A stretch of DNA of 63,339 bases, counting the filler, from Thraustochytrium aureum (Eukaryota), in assembly GCA_012862495.1 (NCBI GenBank). It is 5 parts of 3 records of this genome, joined end to end, with 100 filler letters (N's around TTAATTAATTAA, not from the genome) between each part and the next. Parts side by side here need not be neighbours in the genome. Positions count along the whole stretch, not along the records: positions 18,159 to 44,177 come from BLSG01000270.1; 4 more parts are not named here. One strand, given 5' to 3'. Each line of letters begins with the position of its first letter. Within the stretch, counting starts at the first letter, position 1. Below the pieces are notes generated by a model. It did not search any database, had not been told where the DNA came from, and was given only the letters and a program-made list of their open reading frames with translations. The position numbers and the translations under genes are program-made. Positions 22,057-34,067 of this stretch are shown here, in pieces.

Positions 22057-23387
22057 CTAGTTGGCCACGGCGGGCGCTGGACAAGCTGAGCTCACATGGC
22101 CAAACTCTCCGCAGGCGTAGCACTTGGGCCCAGAGTCCTTTTGAGGGCAGTCCTTGGAAATGTGGCCAACGTCGCCGCTGCTCCAACCCAGCCAGCCCGT
22201 CAGCAACTCGACAACCGCGCGGATGGAACTTGTTTTGGGCCCAGCGGGCGGGTCCGTGAAATGCAACGTACCAGTTGTAGCACTTGGGACGCGAGCCGCG
22301 GCGGCGCGGCTTGCCCGTCGGCGCTGCCGCCGCCTCAGAGCCGGCCGCAACAGCAGGAGCCTCGGCCTGCTCGTTCGGGCAGTCACGGCTGATGTGGCCG
22401 TCCTGGTTGCACCGAAAGCAGGTCTTGACACCTCCCCTGTGGTGTGGTCGGCACGAGCGGGTGGCGGCACGGCAANNNNNNNNNNNNNNNNNNNNNNNNN
22501 NNNNNNNNNNNNNNNNNNNNNNNNNNNNNNNNNNNNNNNNNNNNNNNNNNNNNNNNNNNNNNNNNNNNNNNNNNNNNNNNNNNNNNNNNNNNNNNNNNNN
22601 NNNNNNNNNNNNNNNNNNNNNNNNNNNNNNNNNNNNNNNNNNNNNNNNNNNNNNNNNNNNNNNNCGCGCGTGCAGATTCAACACAAAGCAAGCGGCAACG
22701 CCAAACTCCGCAGCCCGCAACAGCGCGGCGGCGACAAGCAACCGTCACCCTCTCCAGGCCTGCAACCGTTTGGTACAAGAAGGACACAACCCCGTGGGGG
22801 CAACCCTTTGGACGGAGGTTGTCCCGCAACTCAAGCTGGGAGGGAGCGCCGGAAACACCACTAGGCATCCTTGCCTCGGCGCCCGCTTGCTCGCGCAGAT
22901 GCAGCTGCGTTCTCGGCATCGTTGAGGTGCAATCTCGTTGGCATTCAAAGCCCTTCCGTGCGTGGCCCCTGCTCGACCCACTGCACAGCGTCCCGCGCTG
23001 AAACACTTGATGCGCGACGGATCCGGGCGACGCGCTGACGCCGTCAAGTGCTGGGCGGCGAGACCGAGGCGGGACGCGATCTTCGCGCGCTTTCCCCCGC
23101 CCACCGCTTGGCCCAAGGCCCGACAACGCCAGCCACGGCAGCGTCCAGGAGCCAGCCGCCCCTCCTTCCGAGCAGCAGCCATCGCCTGCCGTCCCTGCAA
23201 GCGTGCCACCAGCGTGCAAGCAACAAGCACCGATCGATCCCCCCCCCGGTCCAGCCTCACCAGCCTCGACTCACTTTGGGCAATCCTTTGCAACATGATC
23301 CACCGCCCTGCAATGAAAGCAGGACTTGGGCCCTTTGGCGCGGCCCGCAGGCGCCGTCGTGTCCACCGCCTCGGCCCGGGTCGTCAT
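22057..23387 (-). CDS. CNBP/GIS2-like multi-CCHC zinc-knuckle protein, spliced
   Basis: Exon 1 (23387-23275, CFHCRAVDHVAKDC) is followed by a GTGAGT donor. Later knuckles are CFRCNQDGHISRDC, CYNC|GDVGHISKDC (restored by a GT-AG intron at 22178-22271 with a CTGAC branch point) and CYACGEFGHVSSAC. Confidence 0.85.
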
Positions 23388-23460
23388 TCTCCTCCTCGAA
23401 CGCAAAAGCCGCAAGCGCCACGCAGCCCTCCACGCAAGCGCCAAGCGCCTCCTCCTGCTC

Positions 23461-23462
<2 letters not shown>

Positions 23463-23508
<46 letters not shown>
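23463..23508. repeat. (CTG)n trinucleotide microsatellite
   Basis: About 15 perfect CTG units upstream of the zinc-knuckle gene. Confidence 0.9.
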
Positions 23509-23509
<1 letters not shown>

Positions 23510-23781
23510 GCGCGCGGCACGAGAGAGAAGCGCGTCTGCCCGCCCGCCGTGGCCTGCACGCACGGCGCACCCGCCCTTTAACCGCACGCAAAGCTGCGGA
23601 GCCGCCGCTCGACAGCCGCCAGGCGCCCCCGCGCGCGACGCCAGGCTGCCCGCGTGGTTTAAAGGAACAGTAGTGAACAAACGGAACAGATTGAAGAGAA
23701 CACAGAGAACGCGGGAATGAAAGGAACGACGAACTTGGGAACGTAACGAACTTGAGAACCAAACCAAAAAGCAGAACGAAT

Positions 23782-23890
23782 TCAGAGCAGAGCAGAGCAG
23801 AGCAGAGACCAGCAGGCAGACACCGAACGGGCAGCGACAGCAGCAGCGACAGCAGCAGCGACAGCAGCAGCGACAGCAGCACCAGCAGTA
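23782..23890. repeat. (CAGAG)n and (GACAGCAGCAGC)n simple repeats
   Basis: Visible tandem units in the divergent intergenic region. Confidence 0.8.
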
Positions 23891-24007
23891 GAGGAGCTTG
23901 AGGAGGAGGAGAGGGATCAGGCGAGCGCGGTGAAGGCTGTGACGCTGGCGCTCGTTTCGCGCGGCGCTGTGCTTTTGTTGCCCTGATCGTGGCGTGGACG
24001 AGGAGCA

Positions 24008-25073
24008 TGCAGGGCGCTGGGTTTGCGTGTGCTGCCGTGGCGCTGCTTGGCGTGGTGCGATGGCGCGCCAGCCGCGCGGCGACGGCGAGGAACTGGGCGG
24101 GGAACGTGTCGTTTGGTGCGGCTGCGGCCGTCGTGCGGCCGGAGAATGTGGAGCAGGTGGTTGAGGCAGTGAAACGGTTTGAACGCGTCAAGGTCGTTGG
24201 GACGGGCCACTGCTTTTGCGCGATCGCGCAGCCGCGGCCTGGCGGCGCGCTATTGGATACACGCAAGATGAAGGCCGTGGTGTTTGAGAGCGGTGACACG
24301 GTGACGGTCGAAGCAGGCGTGACCTGGGGCGAGGCGATGGACGCGGTGTGCGCAAAGGGTCGCGCGCTGAGCAACGCGCCGTCGTTGCCGCACATCTCGT
24401 GCGTCGGCAGCATCGCAACGGGCACGCATGGCACCGGCTGGAACGAGCACGCGCTTGCCTCCCAGGTGGTCGCGGTTGAACTGGTGCTCGCCGACGGGAG
24501 CCTCGCTCGAGTCCGCGAGGGCGACAAGAACTTTGCGTTTTTCCTCGTGCACCTCGGCGCGCTTGGCGTCGTGACCCGCCTCACTCTCCGCACGGTCCCA
24601 TACTTTGACATTCACAAGGCCGTTTACGAAAACGTGTCGATGGCGGAGCTGCGCAGCGCCGGCTTGGCGCGAGCTCTTCAAAGCGCGGACTTTGTCAGCC
24701 TCTTCGTTGACTGGGGCCTGCCCGCGGTGAGCTCCGCCTGGCTAGGGTTCTCGAGCCTCGGCAACCACAAGGGTCCGCCGGAACGGTTCCTCGGCGCCGC
24801 GCACACGATGGCGGAGCGCGTGCACCCGATCGCTAACTGCGACCCTGCCAACTGCATCCGCGTCGGGCTCGGGCCTTGGAACGAAAAGCTGTGCCACTTC
24901 GCGCCGGGGTTAGTACCCTCCGCGGGCGCCGGCTGCGAGCTGCAGTCAGAGTGGTTTGTGCCGCTGCAGGACGCAGACGCCGCTCTCAGCGACCTGCTGG
25001 ACGCGCGCCACGCATTTGCGGACCTTGTGCTGGTGACAGAAATTCGCGTCGTTCTGGCCGACCGCATCCCCCT
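24008..25073 (+). CDS. FAD-linked alditol/xylitol oxidase (AldO-like, VAO family); 3' end in gap
   Basis: NWAGN, VVGTGHCF (His that binds FAD covalently in AldO), SLPHISCVGSIATGTHGTG, LGALGVVT, VSLFVDW, GPWNEKLCHF, ELQSEWF and EIRVVLAD are colinear with Streptomyces AldO motifs. Confidence 0.88.
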
Positions 25074-27405
25074 NNNNNNNNNNNNNNNNNNNNNNNNNNN
25101 NNNNNNNNNNNNNNNNNNNNNNNNNNNNNNNNNNNNNNNNNNNNNNNNNNNNNNNNNNNNNNNNNNNNNNNNNNNNNNNNNNNNNNNNNNNNNNNNNNNN
25201 NNNNNNNNNNNNNNNNNNNNNNNNNNNNNNNNNNNNNNNNNNNNNNNNNNNNNNNNNNNNNNNNNNNNNNNNNNNNNNNNNNNNNNNNNNNNNNNNNNNN
25301 NNNNNNNNNNNNNNNNNNNNNNNNNNNNNNNNNNNNNNNNNNNNNNNNNNNNNNNNNNNNNNNNNNNNNNNNNNNNNNNNNNNNNNNNNNNNNNNNNNNN
25401 NNNNNNNNNNNNNNNNNNNNNNNNNNNNNNNNNNNNNNNNNNNNNNNNNNNNNNNNNNNNNNNNNNNNNNNNNNNNNNNNNNNNNNNNNNNNNNNNNNNN
25501 NNNNNNNNNNNNNNNNNNNNNNNNNNNNNNNNNNNNNNNNNNNNNNNNNNNNNNNNNNNNNNNNNNNNNNNNNNNNNNNNNNNNNNNNNNNNNNNNNNNN
25601 NNNNNNNNNNNNNNNNNNNNNNNNNNNNNNNNNNNNNNNNNNNNNNNNNNNNNNNNNNNNNNNNNNNNNNNNNNNNNNNNNNNNNNNNNNNNNNNNNNNN
25701 NNNNNNNNNNNNNNNNNNNNNNNNNNNNNNNNNNNNNNNNNNNNNNNNNNNNNNNNNNNNNNNNNNNNNNNNNNNNNNNNNNNNNNNNNNNNNNNNNNNN
25801 NNNNNNNNNNNNNNNNNNNNATAGGATGGGTAGATGGATGCCGGATGTCGGCTGCGTTATTTCGTCCAATGCAAAGAAAAGAAGCTCTGCCAATGGTTCG
25901 GAACGCTGCGGTGGCCGAGAACGAGAGCAGACGGCCCAACTCGATCTCGTTCTGAAGCTCGCAGGTAGGTATGCAAAGTGAGCGAACGGCATCCAGCTTG
26001 CCTGCAAAATTGAAGAAAAGGCGAGCGGGCCGACACCGCGAGGAAGACGACCTTGGCGACGGCGTTGGCCCGACGAAACCCGCACGATGTGGTCGGCGAC
26101 CCCTCGCTTTCAAGCAGCAAGGGAAGGAGACGAGTCGAGTTTTTCAAGGATTTGCGGGCCGGCAGTCCCGCTGTCGCATTAGGGCCTCGGTTAGGTTTGC
26201 ACACTGTGTGAGTCGCTGGTGAAATAAAGCTTTGGGTGCACCAAGCGACGCTCTCAGGCATGTACGCACGCCTCACATGCAGCCAGGCAGCACGCTCCTC
26301 GCAGCCGAAAACCCNCCGCTACCCTCACATCCCGCTGCCTCACAGCACGCGGCTCTCCTCACACACACTCGCCTCGCAAGCGCGAGAGGCGCCCCTCACA
26401 GCCGCCTCCCTTCACAAGTGCCCCCTGGTGCACCAAGCAGTACTTCCCCATCCCCCGGGTCCCAAGAGCTCGCACTGACCGCGCNNNNNNNNNNNNNNNN
26501 NNNNNNNNNNNNNNNNNNNNNNNNNNNNNNNNNNNNNNNNNNNNNNNNNNNNNNNNNNNNNNNNNNNNNNNNNNNNNNNNNNNNNNNNNNNNNNNNNNNN
26601 NNNNNNNNNNNNNNNNNNNNNNNNNNNNNNNNNNNNNNNNNNNNNNNNNNNNNNNNNNNNNNNNNNNNNNNNNNNNNNNNNNNNNNNNNNNNNNNNNNNN
26701 NNNNNNNNNNNNNNNNNNNNNNNNNNNNNNNNNNNNNNNNNNNNNNNNNNNNNNNNNNNNNNNNNNNNNNNNNNNNNNNNNNNNNNNNNNNNNNNNNNNN
26801 NNNNNNNNNNNNNNNNNNNNNNNNNNNNNNNNNNNNNNNNNNNNNNNNNNNNNNNNNNNNNNNNNNNNNNNNNNNNNNNNNNNNNNNNNNNNNNNNNNNN
26901 NNNNNNNNNNNNNNNNNNNNNNNNNNNNNNNNNNNNNNNNNNNNNNNNNNNNNNNNNNNNNNNNNNNNNNNNNNNNNNNNNNNNNNNNNNNNNNNNNNNN
27001 NNNNNNNNNNNNNNNNNNNNNNNNNNNNNNNNNNNNNNNNNNNNNNNNNNNNNNNNNNNNNNNNNNNNNNNNNNNNNNNNNNNNNNNNNNNNNNNNNNNN
27101 NNNNNNNNNNNNNNNNNNNNNNNNNNNNNNNNNNNNNNNNNNNNNNNNNNNNNNNNNNNNNNNNNNNNNNNNNNNNNNNNNNNNNNNNNNNNNNNNNNNN
27201 NNNNNNNNNNNNNNNNNNNNNNNNNNNNNNNNNNNNNNNNNNNNNNNNNNNNNNNNNNNNNNNNNNNNNNNNNNNNNNNNNNNNNNNNNNNNNNNNNNNN
27301 NNNNNNNNNNNNNNNNNNNNNNNNNNNNNNNNNNNNNNNNNNNNNNNNNNNNNNNNNNNNNNNNNNNNNNNNNNNNNNNNNNNNNNNNNNNNNNNNNNNN
27401 NNNNN

Positions 27406-28870
27406 CTGCCCACTGGAGGTTTTCGCAATGGTTTAAAAAGATGGCCGTCGAGGAGTCGCCCCCGGAGAGCGACCTGCTGTCCGCGGTGGAGTTTGACCGG
27501 TCGGGCGAGTTCCTGGCCACCGGCGACCGCGGCGGGCGCGTGGTCGTCCTGCGCGCGGACGATAGCAAGCCCGCCGGCAAGATCCACTACAAGTTTCACT
27601 GCGAGTACCAGTCGCACGACGCCGAGTTCGACTACGTGCGGTCCGCGACGATCGAGGAGAAGATCAACAAGATCAAGTGGCTGCCCCCTCGAACGACGCG
27701 CAGTTCGTGCTGACCACGAACGACCGCGCCATCAAGCTGTGGAAACTCCACGAAAAGGAGATCAAGTTTGCCTCCGGGTTCAACGTGACCAACGACAAGG
27801 GCCAGCGCAAGCCCAACAAAAAGGTCAAGGCCCTGAGGCTGCCAAAAACAGAGGTGGTCGAGACCCTCGTAACGGCCTCCCCGCGGCGGCTGTACAACAG
27901 CGAGCTGCACAAGTTTAACATCCACAGCCTCTGCGCGAGCAACGACGGCGAGACCTTCATGAGCGCCGACAACCTGACCATCAACATCTGGCACGTGGAC
28001 CAGCCCGACCTTTGCTTCAAGGTGGTGGACTGCAAGCCGCTCGACATGAACACGCTGACCGAGGTGATTACCGCGGCCGAGATGGACGCCCAGAACAGCC
28101 ACATGTTCATGTACGGGACCAACCGCGGCGTCATCAACCTTTGCGACATGCGCGAGAAGGCGCTGCTGGACAGCCCCAGCAGCCAGTTCGTCGACCCCGC
28201 TCTCGAGGCGCTCGACAAAAAGGCGGCGGCCTCGTCTGCGGGAAACTACCCCAACCGCCCGTTCCTGAGCGACATGCTGCGCAGCATCAGCGACGTCAAG
28301 TTCGCGCAGGACGGCCGCTTGCTCGTGTGCCGCAACTACATGGAGATCAAGATGTGGGACGTGCGCAACGCGAAGAAGCCCGTCGAGAGCATCCCGGTGC
28401 ACGACTACCTCTCGCCCAAGCTCTGGGACCTCTACGAGAACGAGTTCATCTTTGACTGCTTTGATGTCAGCGTCAACAGCCGCGGCGACGTGCTCACCGG
28501 CTCGTACGGCAACCTCTTCCACATTTACGACCGCACGGCCAACACGGACACGCTGATCGAGGCCAGCAAGCCGCCGATCGCGACGACCGCGATCCAGCAC
28601 TCCGGATCCGGTTCGGGCCAGTCGCGCGACTCGCGTTCCTCCACCAAGTCCCTCAAAAAGAAGCGGATGAGCCGGCCTGGGATCGTCTCGCTCCTCGGCC
28701 GCAAGAAAAAGTCCAAGGACGCCTCTAGTGCTTCGGACAGCGGCATGCCTGCCGACGTCGACGTCCACAGCCTCAACTTTGACAAGCGGATCCTTCAGCT
28801 CGCTTGGCACCCCGAGTCCAACGCGATTGCGGTCGCGGGGGAGAACAACCTCTTCATCTACTCCAAGTAG
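27406..28870 (+). CDS. PPP2R2: PP2A regulatory subunit B55 (WD40); frameshift at ~27685
   Basis: WRFSQ, SAVEFD.SGEFLATGDRGGRVV, QSHDAEFDY, IEEKINKIKW, TNDRAIKLWK, LWDLYENEFIFDCF, LTGSYGNLF and DKRILQLAWHP. Confidence 0.95.
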
Positions 28871-29028
28871 GGCTGATGCCTTCCCTCTCTACCGATTGCT
28901 TGCCTGCCTGCCTGTCTGCTGTCGCGCAGCGTCTCGCTGTGCGCGCCTGATGCTTATTTACACTCCCCTCATTTCGTGGCCCTCGCAAGGGCCCCCGTGT
29001 CGTGCTGGTATAGGAAGATAAGAACAAA

Positions 29029-29181
29029 CAACTTGCCCGCCTGATTACTATCCCGCAAGCAACCTGCCCGCCTGCTGATTACTTTCCGACAAGCAACTTG
29101 CCCGCCCGCTGACTACTATCCAACCCAGCCTGCTGACAACGGTCCAAAACACAACTTGGCCGCCTGCTGATTATACTTTCC
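29029..29181. repeat. Degenerate ~31-34 bp tandem minisatellite (about 4 units)
   Basis: Units CAAC[TC]TG[CG]CCGCC...GAT/CTACT[AT]TCC start at ~29029, 29060, 29094 and 29152. Confidence 0.75.
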
Positions 29182-29464
29182 ATCCCGGCCTGGACTGGGC
29201 CTGGTTGGTCGTGCTCATCGTATTGCATGTTCTCGTTACTGCGCCGCGTCGCATCTGCTGGCAAGTCCCGGCACGCGCTTTCGGAATCCGTTCCTTCGAG
29301 CACGGGTGTTTGCGCGAGGGCCAGCAAGGTGGGCGCGGGCGGCTCAGGCCCCAGCTGCGAAAGAATAATACCGCCGCTTCACTCAACTAGTAGTAGCAAT
29401 CTCTCTTCTCCAGAGCTAGCTCAGCTCGAGAGGTGCGGGTGGGGGTGCGCCGCTGCCGCGCCGA

Positions 29465-30103
29465 TCAGTGATCGTCCGTCATAAAGTCCCCCTTGATAGC
29501 CTCGCGCTTCTTGCGCGCCTTGTTGCGCTCCAACGTGCCGGCCTTGGAGACGCCCGACGTAAAATAGGAGCGCCCGTCCATCGCGACCAAGCGGTCCCCG
29601 AACAAGTGCTCCTCCAAGCCTCGCCCGCGAATGTCAAACACGTCGTGCAGCAGCGGGTTGCACTTGAAGTGCTCCGCGAAGCCCTCGCGCAGCGCCTCCT
29701 TGGCAAAGTCTAGCCGCTTGATGTCTGACCACGTGTCCAAGGGAACTGGCGTTTTGTCCACCACGATGCGCTCGCTCGGCGCCTCGCCGTCTCGCACAGA
29801 GCTCACAATCGCGCGAAACCGCGCGCGCTGCTCCTTGAGGTCGCGCTTCGACCGCGCCTTGTTCCCGTCGTGGGAGAGGTCTTCCAGCTTTTGGATCAGG
29901 TCGTCCAGCCACTCGTCCTCGTCACCGCTCGCTCCGGCCGAAACGCTCACGGAGACCGGCTGCTCCCCGCTCGGCGCAGCCGCGGCGTCACCAGCCGTCA
30001 CAAACGCGGACGAGTTTTCCACGACGAGCCCCTGCTCGGCGGCCACCTCGACGGCGGCGGTCGTCTCGCTGCTTGCGCCAGTGCCGTCCGGAGAGGTGGA
30101 GGC
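29465..30103 (-). CDS. IFRD: Interferon-related developmental regulator (IFRD family), C-terminal part
   Basis: LEDLSHDGNKARSKRDLKEQRARFR, LDTWSD, GFAEHFKCNPLLHDVFD and a terminal RNKARKKR. Confidence 0.8.
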   Translation of the reverse strand, partial: ASTSPDGTGASSETTAAVEVAAEQGLVVENSSAFVTAGDAAAAPSGEQPVSVSVSAGASGDEDEWLDDLIQKLEDLSHDGNKARSKRDLKEQRARFRAIVSSVRDGEAPSERIVVDKTPVPLDTWSDIKRLDFAKEALREGFAEHFKCNPLLHDVFDIRGRGLEEHLFGDRLVAMDGRSYFTSGVSKAGTLERNKARKKREAIKGDFMTDDH

Positions 30104-31374
30104 NNNNNNNNNNNNNNNNNNNNNNNNNNNNNNNNNNNNNNNNNNNNNNNNNNNNNNNNNNNNNNNNNNNNNNNNNNNNNNNNNNNNNNNNNNNNNNNNN
30201 NNNNNNNNNNNNNNNNNNNNNNNNNNNNNNNNNNNNNNNNNNNNNNNNNNNNNNNNNNNNNNNNNNNNNNNNNNNNNNNNNNNNNNNNNNNNNNNNNNNN
30301 NNNNNNNNNNNNNNNNNNNNNNNNNNNNNNNNNNNNNNNNNNNNNNNNNNNNNNNNNNNNNNNNNNNNNNNNNNNNNNNNNNNNNNNNNNNNNNNNNNNN
30401 NNNNNNNNNNNNNNNNNNNNNNNNNNNNNNNNNNNNNNNNNNNNNNNNNNNNNNNNNNNNNNNNNNNNNNNNNNNNNNNNNNNNNNNNNNNNNNNNNNNN
30501 NNNNNNNNNNNNNNNNNNNNNNNNNNNNNNNNNNNNNNNNNNNNNNNNNNNNNNNNNNNNNNNNNNNNNNNNNNNNNNNNNNNNNNNNNNNNNNNNNNNN
30601 NNNNNNNNNNNNNNNNNNNNNNNNNNNNNNNNNNNNNNNNNNNNNNNNNNNNNNNNNNNNNNNNNNNNNNNNNNNNNNNNNNNNNNNNNNNNNNNNNNNN
30701 NNNNNNNNNNNNNNNNNNNNNNNNNNNNNNNNNNNNNNNNNNNNNNNNNNNNNNNNNNNNNNNNNNNNNNNNNNNNNNNNNNNNNNNNNNNNNNNNNNNN
30801 NNNNNNNNNNNNNNNNNNNNNNNNNNNNNNNNNNNNNNNNNNNNNNNNNNNNNNNNNNNNNNNNNNNNNNNNNNNNNNNNNNNNNNNNNNNNNNNNNNNN
30901 NNNNNNNNNNNNNNNNNNNNNNNNNNNNNNNNNNNNNNNNNNNNNNNNNNNNNNNNNNNNNNNNNNNNNNNNNNNNNNNNNNNNNNNNNNNNNNNNNNNN
31001 NNNNNNNNNNNNNNNNNNNNNNNNNNNNNNGATGGTCATCAATCGTCACGTCGCGCATCATCTGATGAGTGGGTTGTACTTTCTTTCTTTCTTTCTTTCT
31101 CTCGATCGAGATTGATGATTGTTGAGACCCATGGCTGACGAAGCCAAAAGGCGCTCAACAGCCGGCAGACCCCAAACGCGCAGCAGCAGCGGCGGCGGCG
31201 GCGGCGGCGGCGGTAGTGGTGGCGGTAGTGGTGGCGGTAGTGGTGGCCGGGGAAGAGCAGGAGCAGGACGGTGCCGGGTATCTCTGGAGCGTGCTGCTGC
31301 TGCTGCTGCTGGTCTTGTGCTCTGGCTTGGACAGCTCGCTCGCTTGGGCTGGCAGGGAGGAGGTGGGGCCGAGG

Positions 31375-34067
31375 ATGGACGGGCAGACCCTGCTTGGACT
31401 GGACGAAGACGGCGCGGACGCGATGCTGCGCGTGGAGGGCAGCGCGATGTTTGAGAGCGCGCTGAGCAGGCTCAAGACCTGGAAGAAGAGCGTGGTTGGC
31501 GCTTGGGCGGCGGTGCTGGTCCTGTCGGCCGTGTTCGGTCCTGGGTTTGCCGCGCTCGGGAACGACAGCTTGGATCCACCAGCCGGGTCGCGGGCGTTCC
31601 ATGCGCAAAAGGTGTACGGGGAGAGATTTAGTGACAAGTCGAGCGAGCTCCCTGTAATCGTGCTCGTCGAGTGCATCGACGGGACGCCGTGCGAGCAAGA
31701 AAACGGCGTCCGAACACCTGAGCTGGCAGCATTCTACGACGGCGTCGAGGCCTTTGTGTCCCAGTACAATGCGACACACAACAACGTGCTGGACATCGTC
31801 TCGTACTACAAGTTCGAGAAGGACCCGCTCCTCCGCGGACTTGCCGCAGCGCTGGTCAACCCGAGCGGGCAGGATACGATCATCAACATCATGGTGCGGT
31901 CGACGAACGGGACGGAGGGCCGACACCGCTTCATCGATGCGCTGTCGAAACAAGTGCACGAGACCAACCCGCGCAAGGACACGTTCGAAATCGGCGTGAC
32001 CGGGTTTGACGCCCTCAACCGCGCCAACGTGGAATCGGCAAAGGACCAGATCATGCGCGTCGACGCTTTTACGGTCCCCATCGCCATAATAATCCTCGCC
32101 GTGATGATCGGCTCCTGGCGCCTCCTGCTCCTTGCAGCGCTCAACATGGTCGTTTCGGTTTTGGCGTCGTTCGCAGTGATGCGTTTCGCGATCCAAGTGC
32201 TCGGCGCGCCGCCCCCCGAGGCGACAACGGCGCAGCTCATGGAGGTGATCTGCCTGGCCCTGACGATAGACTACTCGCTGTTCTTGCTGCGCCGCTTCCG
32301 AGACGAGACCGCCAAGGGCGCGAGTCCTGCGCTCGCGGTCTACGTGACCATGCTGCGCGCTGGGCACGTCGTCTTCATGTCGGGGACGACGCTCCTGTTT
32401 GTGATGCTTGCCTACCTGATCATTCCCACCGAGACGATCCGCATGGACGGGGTTTCCTGCGCCGTGGGGATCGCCGTCTGCGTGTTCTCCAACCTCACGC
32501 TCACGCCTGCGATGCTGTACACGTTCCCCGAGTTTTTCAGCACGATGAGCAACCGCTTGCCCAACTGCGCCGTTTGCAAGCCGGGCGGTCGCGTTGGGCC
32601 CACAGAGCTGGACTGCGACGGGGCTTCCCTCGATGGCGACTTGCAGAGCTCGAGGGCCACGGTCGGCTTGTTGCAAAGCGCGGGTTCCGTCGGCGGCGCC
32701 GCGCCAGAACTCGCGCCAATCAGCAGCACCCACCCGATGTACAAGACGCGGCGCTTTCGCCTCACCAAGCTGATCACCACCTGGCCCTACAACCTCGGCG
32801 CCATCGTGCTCTTGTACGTCATGGTGGTGCCACTGGCCCTCAAGGCGGCGCAGATCAAGCTGGACCAAAACATCCTGCACCTCATGCCCAGGGGCTCGGA
32901 CACCGCGCTGCGGCTCAACCGCATGTATAACGAGTTCCCCGGGGGCACGTTTGCCCCCTTCAACATTCTCGTGGCGCAGACTGCCGGGGGCAGCGTCCTC
33001 ACGCCAGAGAGCTTTCAGCTCGCCCAGCGAGTCGGGAGCGAGGTGCTTTCGCGCAACAACTTCAACAGCAGCACCCTGACGTCGCCCGCTACTCTGGCGG
33101 GCCAGAGCATCCCGGTGCAGGCGGCGCGCCTCCTGCTCAGTATCGAACGCCTGGGCCTCTGCGACGTCGGGATCTGGCGCGCGATGCTGCGCAGCGCCTG
33201 CGCACTCAGCAAGGAGTACGCATACCTGTGGTCCAACAACGTCAACGAGGCGGGCGACACGATGGTGCTCACGGTCATCGTGCCGTTCTTTCCCTTTGAC
33301 CAGAAGAGCAAGCCGTTCATTCGGTCGGTCGAGGAGGTGCTCGACCAGGCGGAGCTCGAGTACAACGCTGACCCCGCGCACGCCTCCGCGCCGGTCAAGC
33401 TCTACCTCACCGGGTTTGAGGTCGGCCCACAGGCGATCGAGGACGCCGTGCTCGGCGTGTTCCCGGTCATGGTGGCAGTGACGATGCTGGCCATCTTCTT
33501 GTCGCTGGGCTGGATGCTCAAGAGCTTTTTTGNGCCCGTGCGGCTCGCCCTGACACTCTTTCTTCCGCTGAGTTCGGTGTTTGGGCTGGCAGTCCTCGTC
33601 TACCAGGACGGCATCTTCAACTGGACGGGGATCGCCTCCATCTCCTCTTCCGAAGGCTTTTTCTGGAGCGTGCCGATCATGATCATCACTATGGTCGCGG
33701 GGCTTGTGCTCGACTACGACCTCTTCCTCATCACGCGCATATGGAGCACAGGTCGCAGGGGTATGACATCCAGGCAGCCACCGTCAAGGCAGTCTCGGAA
33801 GTGGGCCCAACGATTACGGCGGCGGGCTGCATCATGATTGCGTGCTTTTGCGGCATGTTGCTCAGCGACCAGACGCTCATCGACCAGAGCGGCTGGCTCT
33901 TGTCGACGTCTGTGGTTGTCGACACCTTTTTGGTCAACACTGTGCTTGTCCCTGCGCTCGTGTCGCTCGGGGACAGGGTGGCTTGGTACCCGACCAAGAT
34001 GCCCATGCACAACTTGATCACGCTCGACTCGCCCGAGTTCTCCGACGCGACATTGTCGATGTTGTGA
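31375..34067 (+). CDS. MMPL/RND-family membrane transporter; frameshift at ~33740 (start may be further upstream)
   Basis: Two TM clusters with MMPL motifs LALTIDYSLFLLRRFRDE, AGHVVFMSGTT, GLVLDYDLFLITRI and VDTFLVNTVLVPALVSLGDRVAWYP. Confidence 0.88.

Noticed and set aside
22057..22475. CCHC knuckles as a retrotransposon gag
   Set aside because: The gene is spliced, has multiple knuckles in CNBP style, and has no protease, RT, integrase or LTR nearby.
9881..28870. PP1 and PP2A-B55 as a phosphatase gene cluster
   Set aside because: They are separated by a scaffold linker, so the proximity is an artefact.
29029..29181. This repeat and the one at 34655-34755 as CRISPR arrays
   Set aside because: The units are degenerate and nearly contiguous, spacers are absent or too short, there are no cas genes, and the context is eukaryotic.
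31055..31075. CTGATGAG as a hammerhead ribozyme core or C-box
   Set aside because: No matching GAAA with flanking stems and no D box at a suitable distance.
31039..33381. Long antisense ORFs (780 aa here; also 494-1990 and 34558-36660)
   Set aside because: These are shadow ORFs expected opposite high-GC3 coding sequence, and they have no recognisable motifs.
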